The notes beneath the pieces were generated by a model. That model made no database searches. It worked only from the letters and a program-made list of their open reading frames with translations, and was not told the DNA's origin. Position numbers and translations under genes: made by a program. A stretch of DNA of 63,858 nt, the filler included, from Octopus bimaculoides (taxonomy: Eukaryota): NCBI RefSeq assembly GCF_001194135.2. It is 4 parts of 3 records of this genome, joined end to end, with 100 filler letters (N's around TTAATTAATTAA, not from the genome) between each part and the next. Parts side by side here need not be neighbours in the genome. Positions count along the whole stretch, not along the records: positions 1 to 27,892 come from NC_068999.1; 3 more parts are not named here. One strand, 5' to 3'. Below, piece after piece: positions 1 to 12,900 of this stretch (position 1 is the stretch's first letter; each line of letters begins with the position of its first letter).

Positions 1-257
1 TACTGCCTTAATTCTTCGAAACGCCAGAGTTTTAATGGTGGCAGCTGATGAAGGGGATGTTTCTATGTGGCCTGCTTGTTTGTTGCACCTTGTTTACCAT
101 TTTGTCCTTGTTCTTTTGCCACGTCATGTACCCAGTTATGTATCTATATGTACATGTAGATGAACGTATATACATACATGTACATATATATGCATATACT
201 CATATATTGTTTATATATATATATATATATATACACACACATATAAGTCTGTGTGTC

Positions 258-288
<31 letters not shown>

Positions 289-1982
289 GGAATTGCAATA
301 TATGGTTATATTGATTAACAAGAAGCAAAGATGAATTGATATATTAATGTATATTAATGTTGTAAGGTGTTGTGTTAATGTGGAAAATATAATGAAGGCA
401 GTCAGCAATGTATTAACATAAATAGTAGTTAATATTTGTATAGCTTTTTATTGTGAAGTAAGAATAAAATTGGGAAAGAGGGAAGGGAAACAGATTTGCC
501 ATTAAGATAAATAATAATTAGTTGATCAAAGGAGGTATAACTTTTCTGTAACTTTATTAGTATCGTTTTCTTTTTGTTGTTTTTTTCTTTTTTTCTTTTG
601 TCCATTCCTGTCTCACATCTCTGTTTGTAAATATATGCATTTCATGAAGGTCCATACCTATTTCCATATCTTCATGTATATAGTCATGCACGCACTCACA
701 CACACACACACACACATACACACACACGCACATACACACATACACACAGACATACACACACAGACATTTGCACATTTTATGGTTTTGGTTGCAAATGTTC
801 CTACAGTTGTGTATACATTTGCATACCCATTTCTTGTTCTTCGTATTCATGCTTGACTCTTTTTCCCACACACATTCAGACATATTGCATATCCCCACCA
901 CACACACACATCCATATTACACAATCATACAAACTCACATTACACACCAACTCACATTGCACACACGTGCAAGGACACACCACCTCACATTGCACACTTA
1001 CACATTTACACATACATTCCTTTATATCCAAGTACGCTCAATAAATGACTAAAAACCTATTTGAATATAAGACTGATAGAAAGATGCATATTAAAAAAAT
1101 ATTGGGAAATTATATAAGTTACATTAAGATGATGAAACAGTGGACTAAACTGGATGGGTGATACAGAAGAAATGGTAGTAGTTGCCAAATCAATGCTTTG
1201 TTAATACCAATTCCTTTTATTCAATGGCTATTCACTTTACTTCACCTAGATCACTCTTCATATTTAATCCATTTTGCTTTATTTTGCCTTCATCATTTCA
1301 TTTCTAATCCGTTTTTTAAATTTATTTTGATTTATTTTACAATTTCTGCAATTTGACATTTTATGATTTTTTTTTCAGATATTTTATATTTTAATAAAAT
1401 TATAATTTTTCATCACATCTTTTTTTATAAAATAAAGAAAAAATCAGTTTTATCATCTGTATCATTTCTTAATATTCATCAGTCATTACCATTTATTCTT
1501 TATTCGCCACCAATCCACTTCATTTCATTGTTCCATGATTTTAAATGCAATTTATGTAATTCTTCCATTTTTTTAATACATATTTTGTGTCTTGTTAATC
1601 AATTTAGCCATATATCACAATGCCTTACAATCTCTGCCCCAACATTTTAAGTGTTTTTTCTTTTATTATATTCTGATATTTTTTATAGATTTTGATGTCC
1701 TTTAAAAAAAATTTTAATATATTTCTCTGTCTCTAACAGCAATTCACAAATGTATTGGGCACCCAAATGTTCACATGCAAAATACAATCATATAATGATC
1801 ACCAGTAGCAACAACATTCAATCTGCATTATATTCAAACATTTTTGCGTTTTTTTTATTTTTATTTTTTTCTGGAAGAAGCTATATGTATTGGATGTAGT
1901 TACTCCAACATTCACTGCTGTCTGAAGATCAGAAATGCGAAACTCATAGTTGGGCATATAAAGCTCTCAGCTTACCATAAAG

Positions 1983-2059
<77 letters not shown>

Positions 2060-2695
2060 GCATGCCTGTGTTTGTGTATATCAGTGCAAATATCTTGTAC
2101 TATTTTGATTCTGAAAAAGGATGTAGTTCTTTAAAAGGACTTAACTTATGGAACTCACCCAATTTAGATCGATAAAATTATTACTGGGCTAAGTAACTGG
2201 ATCAATACAATTTACTAAATCCTCTGAAGATGATGTCCTAGTATAGCTACAATCCAGTGACTGAAACCAGTAAAAGAGTATAATATGTTCATCAATATCT
2301 TCAGCTATTGTTTGCTTATAGAACATACTGTCTGAATGTAGCAAACTATAGCAGATTTGAATCCTATTTTAACCTTTCAACTCATTTCATCTAAATTTGT
2401 CCATTATGTTTTCAATGACCATATTGTCTGTTAAAAATTCACCTAAGTAATTAATTCAATATACTTTTGGAAATGAATTAGACAATTGATTTTATTTGAT
2501 GTTTGTTTAGTTTTAATCATCATTGTGTGCACCATTTAGCTGTTTGGAGTTTCTATGTCTTCTGAAACTGTTTCTTGCAAGAGATTAGAAACAAATACTT
2601 AGATACTTTCCTCCAGAATTGTGTGACTCTGTGTATTGGTAACTGTATATAAATATATTACATGTCATTGGTATATCTGAACTATCTTCTCTTTA

Positions 2696-2741
<46 letters not shown>

Positions 2742-2829
2742 CATTAGATGTTATTTATGTGAGTATATTCTTTTAATAGGAGATAGGAACATGGCCTATA
2801 ACCATTGCAGTGACATCATGAGTGGGAAA

Positions 2830-3600
2830 AGATGTAGTTAGCTAGTTCAAAAGAATAGATACCATTTTAGGAGCAACAGAATAGGCAGGGAAAAGAGTGT
2901 ATGAAGCAGCAACACTTTCTCACACAGTGTAAAATACTCCAATGTAAATCTTATTTGAGTTTTATAGAGGGTTAGCAACTGATCAGCAATTAAGTATTTC
3001 TTGGCTCTAAAGAGGAGTCCTGGTCTTTGTGTTTTCACAAAACAGAACTCTGGAGTCTGTTAAGATTTTTGATAAACAAAGTTTTATTGTTTTTGTACAC
3101 ACACAAAAACAAGAATGTTGTTGCTACTATGAATACCAAAACATCCAGAGTTTTTGTTCTTGGTGTAGTGGTAGCAGCAAATAAATTGTTGTTAGTTGCT
3201 TGCTGGCTGCTAACTTCTAATATTGTTCATCCTTTGACTCTGTTGGCAAATATCTCTGTTGACAAATTTCTACTGTGTCTGTCAATGTTCTCTCAGCCAC
3301 ATCTTCAAGCTCTCTGTCTAGTAGTCAAATGTATGCTGAATTTATACTAGTTGATAGGCTCAGAAGAAAGTGCACCAAAAAAATTTTTAAAACCTTGCTG
3401 GAGCCTATTTGACACAAAGTCATGATTGATCAGATTTTGTTTATCATGTGGACAATATTCTCGTGAATCACAACATTAGGCAATTGCCGAATATTTCTGC
3501 TCTGTGATGTACTTTTGGCAATGTTATATATGTGAAGGCTCTATGCAGAGATCCAAAATTGTGAGGTATCACATTTATAGTAAGGCTTTTAGTTCTTTGT
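2830..3600 (-). mobile_element. Degenerate CR1/Jockey-superfamily LINE RT fragment
   Basis: Minus-strand GLLFRAKKYLIADQLLTLYKTQIRFTLEY resembles the post-RT 'LYK.QIRP.LEY' block. The upstream portion is heavily frameshifted. Confidence 0.7.
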
Positions 3601-3647
3601 TGTTTATGCTTACTCATGCATGCATGTTAGTGAGTATCATCCTTTAA

Positions 3648-3867
3648 CCCTCCGGCATTCAGATTACTCTGTCAAATGTCATGCTTATTTATTTACATCT
3701 TTTAAAGCTAGTCATGTATTATCATGTAGCTTTGAGATTTTGAAGATGTGATTGTTTAGTTTTAGAATCACATTGCAGGATAGGTTTGAGAAGCTGGATT
3801 TTCCCAGTTTGAACATAAAACAGGTATAATACTTGTGCTGGATATGGCTGGTTTAAATGCTAAAGGG
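3648..3867. mobile_element. piggyBac-type MITE (~220 bp)
   Basis: TTAA|CCCT...AGGG|TTAA (TTAA at 3644-3647 and 3868-3871), with imperfect TIRs ccctccggcatt / aatgctaaaggg. Confidence 0.7.
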
Positions 3868-4193
3868 TTAAAATCATTGAAACTGTTCTGGTAAAACTAT
3901 ATTAAAGTTAAGAAAGTCTTACAAAAAAATATCTTGTTCTTAGTTTGAACTTCAGTATTATACAAATTTAAATATTGAAACGTTGGAAATTCAGAAAGTC
4001 TAGACAGAGTAAATGAAGTCAACCAATTAAAAGCAGGTTACAAGAGCAAAGAAAATCTTTGAGAGATTCTTTTCAATAGTGAAAATTATATAACAATATC
4101 TAATACCATGAGGGAATATAACTTTCCAAAATATCCATATGTGTTAGTGAAATATCAGTAAATACAATAAAATATATTTTGTTTTGTTTGCAG

Positions 4194-4229
4194 CTGGATC
4201 GTTGAAAACTGGAAGTGGAGAGTTGGCAT
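4194..4229 (+). CDS. 36-nt internal coding exon (phase 2-2) of a putative cAMP-receptor-like GPCR, ECL2: (C)WIVENWKWRVG(I)
   Basis: Acceptor ttttgttttgtttgcag|C and donor AT|gtaagt. The terminal AT joins the C starting exon 22482 to give ATC and continue ...WRVGIWYGPLF, a CW...W..G.WYGPL pattern I recognise from memory of CAR/CrlA-like 7TM receptors. Confidence 0.75.
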
Positions 4230-4310
4230 GTAAGTCAAAATATTTTCTTCATTTACCTTTATGAAAAAACATGATGACCGATGATTTCATCTATGAATGA
4301 CCTACTAATA

Positions 4311-4367
4311 ACTTGTCATCGTTATGACTTGTCATCGTTATGACTTGTCATCTTTATGACTTGTCAC
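4311..4367. repeat. 16-bp minisatellite (acttgtcatcgttatg) x ~3.6
   Basis: Direct tandem units visible, within a wider degenerate tandem tract (~4250-4600). Confidence 0.9.
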
Positions 4368-5672
4368 AACTGATAACATCTCACCTTCCTGATGCTTACT
4401 CTTGTAATAGTTTATTCTACTTATGACTTTATTTTCTTTGACTTAATGAAAAGCTAATATGCTAATAATAACTTATTTTCTGCTCTCTTAATTACTTATC
4501 TTACTAATGAATTATACCAATATTAATTTATCGTAGCAATGATTTATCTTATTAATATATTATTAATGATTTAGATGATGTAGCCTACCATTGACTTACT
4601 TTGCTATTAAGTTATTTCACCCGTTATGTCTTATTTCATTCCATTCGGCTGTTTCTGATCCACTGCTGAATGGAGCCTCAGCAAGCCTTTGTCAACTTAT
4701 CCATATTGGTTATCCATATAAGTTGGACAGAGGGGTGCTCCTATGGTCAGGGGATTAATATGGTCCATTGGCACATATCTAACTCTATCACTTATTAATT
4801 ATATCATATTTTATATTTTCCTCTGTTAATGATCTATTCTGTTAATGAACTATCCTCAGTGCCATTTTAATGTATGAGTACACTGGGCAGTTGCTTGGGG
4901 AAGCGGGGGGACTTCAGAGATCTAGGGGCCCAATTCTAATCTATCTATGCTATAGCTTGCTACCAATAACTAAATACTACAGGGCCTAGTGCATTCATTT
5001 GCCCAGGGGCCTGTAATGTTGCTAACACAGCCTTGACCATCTTACTAATAAATTTTACGACAAATATCTGTTTACTTGATAGATCAAATTAGCAGTTCTG
5101 TTTCTGTATCATTCATCATCATCATCATCATCATCAGTGTTTACATCCACCTTCCCATGGTGGCATGGGTTGGATAAGTTTTCTGAAGCAGTGTTTTATG
5201 GCCAGATGTCCTTCCTATTGCCAACCCTTTTAGTTCCCTCTTACAACATGCATGGATGCAATGTATTGATTCTAAAAGTGGGATACACATGGTGTTGTTT
5301 TGTCTCTGAATATTTTAGAAATACTGAAACATTTCTTAGTTGAAAATATCAATAAAGCAAAACTTACTTGTTCCCTGTATGATGCTAATGTGGTGCTGAT
5401 AAAATCTTTTATAAACATGACAGACAAATATCTAGGGTTTTAACTCATATGATATATGAGATATAAACAAATGTCATAACTTAACAAGTATTAATTTGTG
5501 AAAATTACCACCAAAAAAGAATTATTATTATTGTACATTTGTTTGTTTTGTTTTTTAACTTTTGAATGGTTACATACTTGTATTTTGTGGATATTTCACT
5601 TTAGTTGCATATTTATGTGTTAGTATATATTGTTTCAGTTTGCTAAACCACTACCGTAATCATCTAAAAGTT

Positions 5673-5728
5673 AAAATACCAGTGATGGGGTTGGGTCTAA
5701 TTAAACCCAACCCCATCACTGGTATTTT
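5673..5728. repeat. Perfect 24-bp inverted repeat with 8-nt loop
   Basis: aaaataccagtgatggggttgggt - ctaattaa - acccaaccccatcactggtatttt. Confidence 0.95.
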
Positions 5729-5756
5729 GACAACCCCTGTTTAACATCTCTAGTAC

Positions 5757-6147
5757 AGGTGGCAACATGGTTGTGTGGTTAAGAAACTCACTTTGCAGCC
5801 ACATGGTTTTGGGTTCAGTACCACTGTGTAACACCTTGGGCAAATATCTTCTACTGTAGCTCTGGGAAGATCAATGTCTTGCGAGAGGATTCAACAGGCA
5901 GAAACTGTGTGGAAAGCCACCACATGTGTGTGTGTGTTTTTGTGTTGTCACCTTTCCACTACTTGACAACTAGGGCTGGTTTGTTTACATCCCTTAACAT
6001 AGTAGTTTGGCAAACTAGAGCAATAGAGTAAATACCAAAAAAAAGAAAAAAAGTACTGGGGTCAATTTGTTCAACTAAGCCTTTCAAGGCAGTGCTCCAG
6101 CATGGCTGCAGTCCAGTGACTGAAACAAGTAAACGATAAAAGATAAG
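5757..6147 (+). mobile_element. tRNA-head/CORE-type SINE, tail type A
   Basis: Head with gggttcagtacc B-box-like motif, CORE-like caccttgggcaa, (GT)n middle, and tail ctccagcatggctgcagtc...gaaacaagtaaa shared with other copies in the window. Confidence 0.8.
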
Positions 6148-7989
6148 AACATATTGAAACATCTGAGGCAAAGTTTAGTATTTTGCTTTATTACTATCTA
6201 CAAGGGATATGAGAGCAAAGAAATATAGATTGAAATGATGTTACTTTTAGGACATCTAACGCAAAATTTAAGAAAGTTGTTTGAAGTTTTAAATTTGTTT
6301 AGATTAGACAAAAATTACATTATACATACCAGAGTATTTCAGTTTATTTAATTATTTGTAAGAGATTAAATAAGTTGAAGTAATCTACTACATGTAATGT
6401 AATTTTTACTTAAATCTATATTTTGAAAAAAAAATTTCAAGTATTACTTTTTTATGTACTCGTCTCTATTTGGACTAACTTTGATAAACATTATTTCAAA
6501 AGATTGTACCAATCTGTTATATATGAATTTATTTATAAATAAGAGAGCATCAATATGAACATAGCCCTTGTTGTCAAAATGCTTGACTTTATTGGTGTAA
6601 CTATTATAATATTTTTGCATCTTCCTTGTTACTATTTCATGGACATTTTTAGTGAAGTTTAGAATCAATTTGCTTGTGTTCCAGAATGTAAGAGTATTAT
6701 AACCAAGATGTACAAGGTAAAAAAATATAAAGATATTAATACTTTTATGGGGAAAAAAGGCATTTTTTATATATTTTTAAAACTAAGATATCTTTTGAGC
6801 TGTTGGTGTTGATGAGATTAATACATTTCTGCTTATAGTTTGTCATTTATTTGTACACTTTTTTGTGGCTGAGTCAGAAGAAGAAAGACAGAACCCATGG
6901 CTTTTAGCAGGTTTGTTTTGGCTTTTGTAAGCCTGACTTGGCAGTCCTATAGCCACAGGTAGTTGCTGTTCCTTTTGTTACCATATTTCTATTGAAATAC
7001 ACTGCCTTTGTTTCAGTTAATTTTGAAAATGATGAAGAATTTAGTGTGTGTGTGCCTGTTTGGAACATAAATCAACATGAAATTTTGAAAGTTTGTTTTA
7101 ATTTAGATCACTTTAAGCATGAAGTTTGTATCATGGAAGCAGAGGTGGTCTTGAGAAAGTCTGTATCTAAATGATTAAGTTTAACCCTGATCCAGCAATC
7201 CCAAGCACACAGGCGGCAGTTGTAATTGTTGTTGTTATTGTGTGGCCCCCAAGTCAGCTCTGATTGAATAGTTCTATGACATACAGAAAGTCATCTGAAT
7301 GCTAAGTACAGTATAGTCCAATGGTCCATCTTTCCAGCTATACCATGTCTCTTTCTGAACTAATCTCTTCACTACATACTCCAACATGCAAGTATGAATT
7401 GTATGGGGTTGTGCTGTGAGTGTGAGTATATTGTGCTCTCTGCACTATCCAGACTGTTTCTGTTTGCTTGTTGACTGGTGGAAGCAGGGCAGGTGGGGTT
7501 GATAGGAATAAACATCATAAGTTAAACCCAGACTAAAGACCTGGTCTGAATTCATGTAATTGAGTGGATTCTGCAAAAAGTACCCAAGGAAAAACCCCTC
7601 TCTGTAACAGTAAGCCAATAAAAGAGCCTCTGCATGATCACTTGACCCACTACAAATAATAACCAAATACCCTTCACATCACACTCTACTATCTATGGTC
7701 ATTGCTGGAATAACTTAGATCATAGGCTTGATCCATTAATGCTGACTTGGGACTAATTAAGAACATCAATAACTTCACTTTGTGTTAATTGCTTTTACTT
7801 TAACATTAATCCTTTACTGAACTATATTACTATAAACTTACAATATCGTTTGCCAACTTCTGACATCTATTTTGAATTATTCTGTTAACTTCAGTTCATT
7901 TCTTCTGATTGAGGTGAAGGTCATTCTTTAGCTCTTGAGTTATTATCTGAAGCAATATGCTAACACTTCATTTTCTATAAAGGAAGAAA

Positions 7990-8028
<39 letters not shown>

Positions 8029-8579
8029 TGTGTGTGTGTGTGTGTACGTGTGTGTGTGTGCCTGTTTGTCCACACAAAATTGTGCACACATTCATGTGCG
8101 ATGCATCAACAGCTTCCATTTAAAGGCAGAGGGACAGAACAGCTGTGTTACTAAACAAAGACTGCTAAGATCAATTTGTTAGTGAATCGATGGTTCCAAA
8201 ATTAGAGATCAATGTGGATTAGCAATATTTAACCAAAGAGATTGAGCTACAATTTATAGAATGGAAATCAATAAGTAGCAGATGCAATGAATGAATAAAG
8301 GGAAATACCTTTTGATATTTGCTAGAAATATAGAGTGAAAACTAATAATTTGTCAGTGTGTATATGAATGAGAAATATTTACTCATAGGAAGAACAAGTG
8401 GTTGCTTGGTTTTATTGTAATTTCTACTAATATTTTCTGTTGAGGAAACTCAACCACATCTGCAATGTAAATATAACAAAAAAAAAATTGGCCATCAACT
8501 TTTTAGAACAGTTCTTTCTTTTCAATAAGTCACTGGAATTGGAACATTGCCTATGGCATCTGTGATTTAAGTGATTGTT

Positions 8580-8830
8580 ATTCAGCTTGGACATCTGTAG
8601 GTTGCAGTAGGTTGGTATTTGTAGGAAAAACATGGGCAGTGAGATAATTCCAGAGGGCTGCTACTCTGGGAAGGTAGATCTGTGGATAGTGAAGAATTTG
8701 GGGAGTAAGATTACAGTAAGAGTAATGAGAAGGTTGAATGTTTTCAGATGGAGAAAGTATGGAACTAGCTTGATCAGAGTCGCTGAGGTTATTGTAGTAG
8801 GGATAAAAAATTAACGACTGAAGACACAGC
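8580..8830 (-). mobile_element. 3' fragment of a CR1/L2-like LINE ORF2
   Basis: YLPRVAALWNYLTAHVFP resembles the conserved '.PR...LWN.LP..VFP' C-terminal motif. Confidence 0.65.
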
Positions 8831-11399
8831 ATAACTGTGTACTAGTGATTCAAATATATTACTGATTGAATCTGACCTTCTTTGAAAAGTGGTCTAGAAT
8901 GTGCGTATGTGTAACAGTAACACTGTCCTGTAGATGTAAACAGTACTCTAATGTGGGTTTTATAGAACTTTATAGAATGTCATGACTTACAAAAGGTTAA
9001 GATTATAGAATTATCAAGATGAAAATATCCTATTCTTTGTAATATAATTTTGGAAATACTATAAATGTGGGTTTGCCATGAGAGATACTCAGATATTATG
9101 AGGCTTGAAACTAGAAACCACTTTAAGGGTTTTAATTTCTGTCTAGAGAGGTTGGGGTACAAAGTTGTTTTCTTTGTATGTGTTATAATTGTGTCTTTGT
9201 GCTGTTGAAGGAGACAAGGTTATCATGTGCTCATTGAATGATGCTCTTAGTATACCTGTTTATGAATTCAGTGTAGTGTGAAGTGTTCAGGTTGTACTTG
9301 GGTAATGACTATGTATAGAAGATTAAGGAGGAATGAAGTATAGTGTTAATGTACAGAAGGAATAATGAATAATTTGATATACATCACTCAAAGTTAGGGT
9401 ACACCAGAGTTGATGATGAGAACAAAGAATTGGTCAATCTAAAGGTAATTATTTTAATAGCAAGTCTGTAAAATTTGATATTATAATATAAAATATCCTC
9501 AAACTATTGTTATTATATGAATCTATTGCAGCATTCCATTCACGAAACATCTAGCTGCTTGATATAGCCATACCAACAGGAAATAATTTTTTTTTATCAA
9601 ATATTGATAAAATGAGAATTTGACTATAGCATTTATAATAGTTTCAGATTTCCATGAGATTGTCTGCAGGTAAAGCCAGTAACTTAATATTACACATTAT
9701 CAGCATAATGATAGAAAATGAAATATAACAATTTAATTGACTTTTCTTCTGATTTGGTCAGTTTATCTCATACCATGGCATAGTATTGTAATATATTACT
9801 GTAATATAACGTTACTGTTATGTATTGTTGAATCTAAACTGTTATTTTTTATGTCTATCTATTTATTTTTGTTATTTCATCAAAGGAAACCATCTTACCT
9901 AGAATAATCATTAATTGGATATTTGGATATTTCTATAGAAGTCAAAACCACTCATACCTGTTCTTTGAAAAATGCAAAAATTAGATTAGATAAATATTGA
10001 TTTCTTTAATGATGCACAGAGCCTATATTTTGTTGGACAATATAGTTGATTCGTTCAGACTCTGAAGAAATGAAAGACATAATTTATCCAGGAAGGATTT
10101 CAGCTCATGACATAGAAGGAGGGACTAAATACTGATAGACTTTATTTGGAGTTATAATAGCTGCTTGAATGTGTATTGGAATTGTTCCCATGATAAGTCA
10201 CATTCATCACAGGCTCTGTATCTCTGATTAAAGCTATTACTAATACTGATAATAATTTCTTTATCCATGATTTCTTAAGCATTATGAAAGGAAATGAAAA
10301 TTTATGGTATTCAGATTTTTCTTAAAGGCAAGGGAAGTTGCTTCAGCCAGAATTTTCTGAATATTATTTTCTTTAGAGCTACTTTATTTCTTTTTGCAAC
10401 CCCCTTTATCCCTCCACACATTTACATAGACTGGATTGATCACACAGTATCTGTCCTCCTGTTGCAGAGCTTTGTCATTTGGCACACTCAGCAACTGAAA
10501 AAACAAAACAAAGCATGTATTTTTTAAATTTATTTTAATTATCTTTGTATGACAGTTAATGAAGAATCACTTTTCTAGGAAAAAATCAATGTGCATGAAA
10601 TAAAAACTGCTGAAGAATGATTATTGTTATGAATAAATATAAAATGATCTTATAAAATGAAATGTTTGTTTTCAAGTGAAGCAGTTATCTTTTTTTTTTT
10701 TTTTTTTGGATCATAGCTTATCTGTTTCATTCAATTTGTTCAAGAAAACAAGTGTAATACCTTTGTGTTTTTTTTTCTTTTGAAATAAAATTATTATAAG
10801 AAGATATTTAAATAAATAGCTTGTGTTTCTTTGTGGATATCACATGCTCTTGTGAACATTCAAACAAGTAGTGGAAAGACATCACCACCTGCATTCTGAA
10901 ATGTTCAATATTGAGATTGGACTGCATCAGAATCAAAAGGATGTGACTACATCAACTTCATTTGGTGATATCTAACATCTCAGTGTGTTGAATAAATGAT
11001 TAAAATAATTGGACGCTCTTAATATTTGTAGATCCAAGAATTTCGTACCTTTTTTTCTCATTCACTCATAGATTTGCAACATCAACAATAACTGAAATAG
11101 CAAGTAATTCATATAGTAAATACTAATTTGGTATATCTGTAAATTTAAAATATTTAATATTTTAAAAAAAAAAAATCTAAAAAACACCAACTGTTTGACT
11201 CTATAATTATTTTCCAATCTGAAAACGATCTATTTTTTTTATTCATCATGCATCTTCTTAATTTGATATTACATGGATTTCTGTATTGATTATAGAATTA
11301 CTTTAGGTAACAGCACTGAGACCATGGATTATATAGTTTTTTTTTTCTTTAATAGCAACATTATTTTGTTTTTTATTGAAAAATCTGTATGATTGAGAA

Positions 11400-11780
11400 A
11401 TTTGAATATCGAACCCTTTCCCCAAATAGAATTTGTGTTTTAATAGCAAATTTTCTGATAGAAATTGCATCTGAACAAAAAAAAAATGTTTTTCTACAAA
11501 ACAAGCCACACTCTGGTGCAGACAACAGGAATAAAATTGAACTAAGTTTGATAAATTATCCAAGAAACTACATTTTATTCCATAACAATTGCAATAACAG
11601 TTGCTGTAATGATAAAATAAAATTCACAAGAGAGTGAATAACTGAACTAAAGAAATTTTGTGTGAGAACATTTTTCCACTGAGCAGATAAAAATTCTAGA
11701 TAATGTACCACATTACTCAAGAGAAACTTACTGCAGACTGTGTGAAGAACTAGAAAAATAGGGAGACTATTACTATTTAA
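11400..11780 (+). mobile_element. Possible very old mariner transposase C-terminal relic
   Basis: Patchy similarity only (FLQNKPHSGADNRNKIEL, NYILFHN, terminal GDYY). Confidence 0.3.
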
Positions 11781-11994
11781 TATCATTCTTGAAGTATTAA
11801 GGAAGCCAAAAGTTATTTAGTTGTCCATTTTTAATATTTGAATGCACACAATCTTTTTAAGTATGATAAATAAGAATTAAGAATAGCAGCTAACACAGGT
11901 GTTAATTAAGAATTCAAATTTTAGAATGTTATGTTTATTGAAGGTAATAATATAATTATATTATATTAGTAATCAACAATAAGTAAAGTAAAAG

Positions 11995-12410
11995 TGTACT
12001 GTGTGGTTAAGAAGCATACTTTCCAATCATGTGTTCTTGGATTCAGTCCCACTGTGTGACACCTTGAGCAAGTGTCTTCTACTATAACCCTGGGCCAACC
12101 AAAGCTTTGTGAGTGGATTTGGTAGGCATAAAACGAAAGAAGCCTGTCATGTATATTTGTGTGTGTGTGTGTGTGTGTGTGCGTGTGTGTGTACTTTTGA
12201 CTTAACATCATGTAATGGTTGTAAACACGCATCACCATCATACAAGCGATGTTGATCATTTCCAGTTTTCAGTAGTAATATGTCTGGCTATGGGAATTAT
12301 TAACTTGCTTGGAAACAGGTGATGGTTGGTGACAGAAAGGGCATCTGGCCATAGAAAATCTTCCTCATGCAAGCATAGAAAAATGGACATTAAATAATGA
12401 TGATGAAAAT
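11995..12410 (+). mobile_element. CORE-type SINE with tail type B (RTE-like, ending in (GAT)n)
   Basis: CORE head, (GT)n, then gaaacaggtgatggttggtgacagaaagggcatc...gcatagaaaaatggacattaaataatgatgatg. Confidence 0.75.
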
Positions 12411-12430
12411 GGTGATTGTGCGGGTGGCAA

Positions 12431-12493
<63 letters not shown>

Positions 12494-12524
12494 ATCATCA
12501 TCATCATCGTTGTCACTGTCATCA

Positions 12525-12900
12525 TCATCATCATCATCATTATAATTTAGCATCAGCTTTCCATGCTGGTATGGGTTAGATGGTTTGACTGGAACTGATA
12601 AGTCAGAGAGCAGTGCCAAGTTCCAGTCTGATTTGGCATGGTTTCTAAGGCTGGATGCCCTTTCTAATGCCAACCACTCCAAGAGTGTAATGAGTGCTTC
12701 TTACATGTCACTGGCACTAGTGCTTTTACATGCCAGTTATGTGACACCAGCATTGGCCATGATTATGATTTAACTTGTCTTCTCAAGCATTGGCCATAAT
12801 CATGATTTAACAAGTCTTCTCAAGAATGGCATATCACCGAAGGTCTTGGTCATTTGTCCTTGCCTCTATGAAGCCGAATGTTCAACGATTATGCTTCACC
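12525..12900 (-). mobile_element. SINE or LINE-tail repeat ending in (GAT)n
   Basis: ctttccatgctggtatgggtt...ctggatgccctttctaatgccaaccac block shared with copies at 20935, 25840, 27320 and 27665. Confidence 0.75.

Noticed and set aside
1-63. CGAAAC (17-22) and CTGATGA (45-51) hammerhead words
   Set aside because: The order and spacing leave no NUH site or helix I in any permutation. It may be the edge of an element extending left of the window, which I cannot test.
2617-2638. 22-nt AG/GT-bounded segment phase-compatible with exon 4194
   Set aside because: The peptide (xLCDSVYC) does not fit the expected TM4-ECL2 sequence and the donor is modest. Probably chance.
4311-4367. Regularly spaced repeats as a CRISPR array
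   Set aside because: No spacers and a eukaryotic context. A plain minisatellite.
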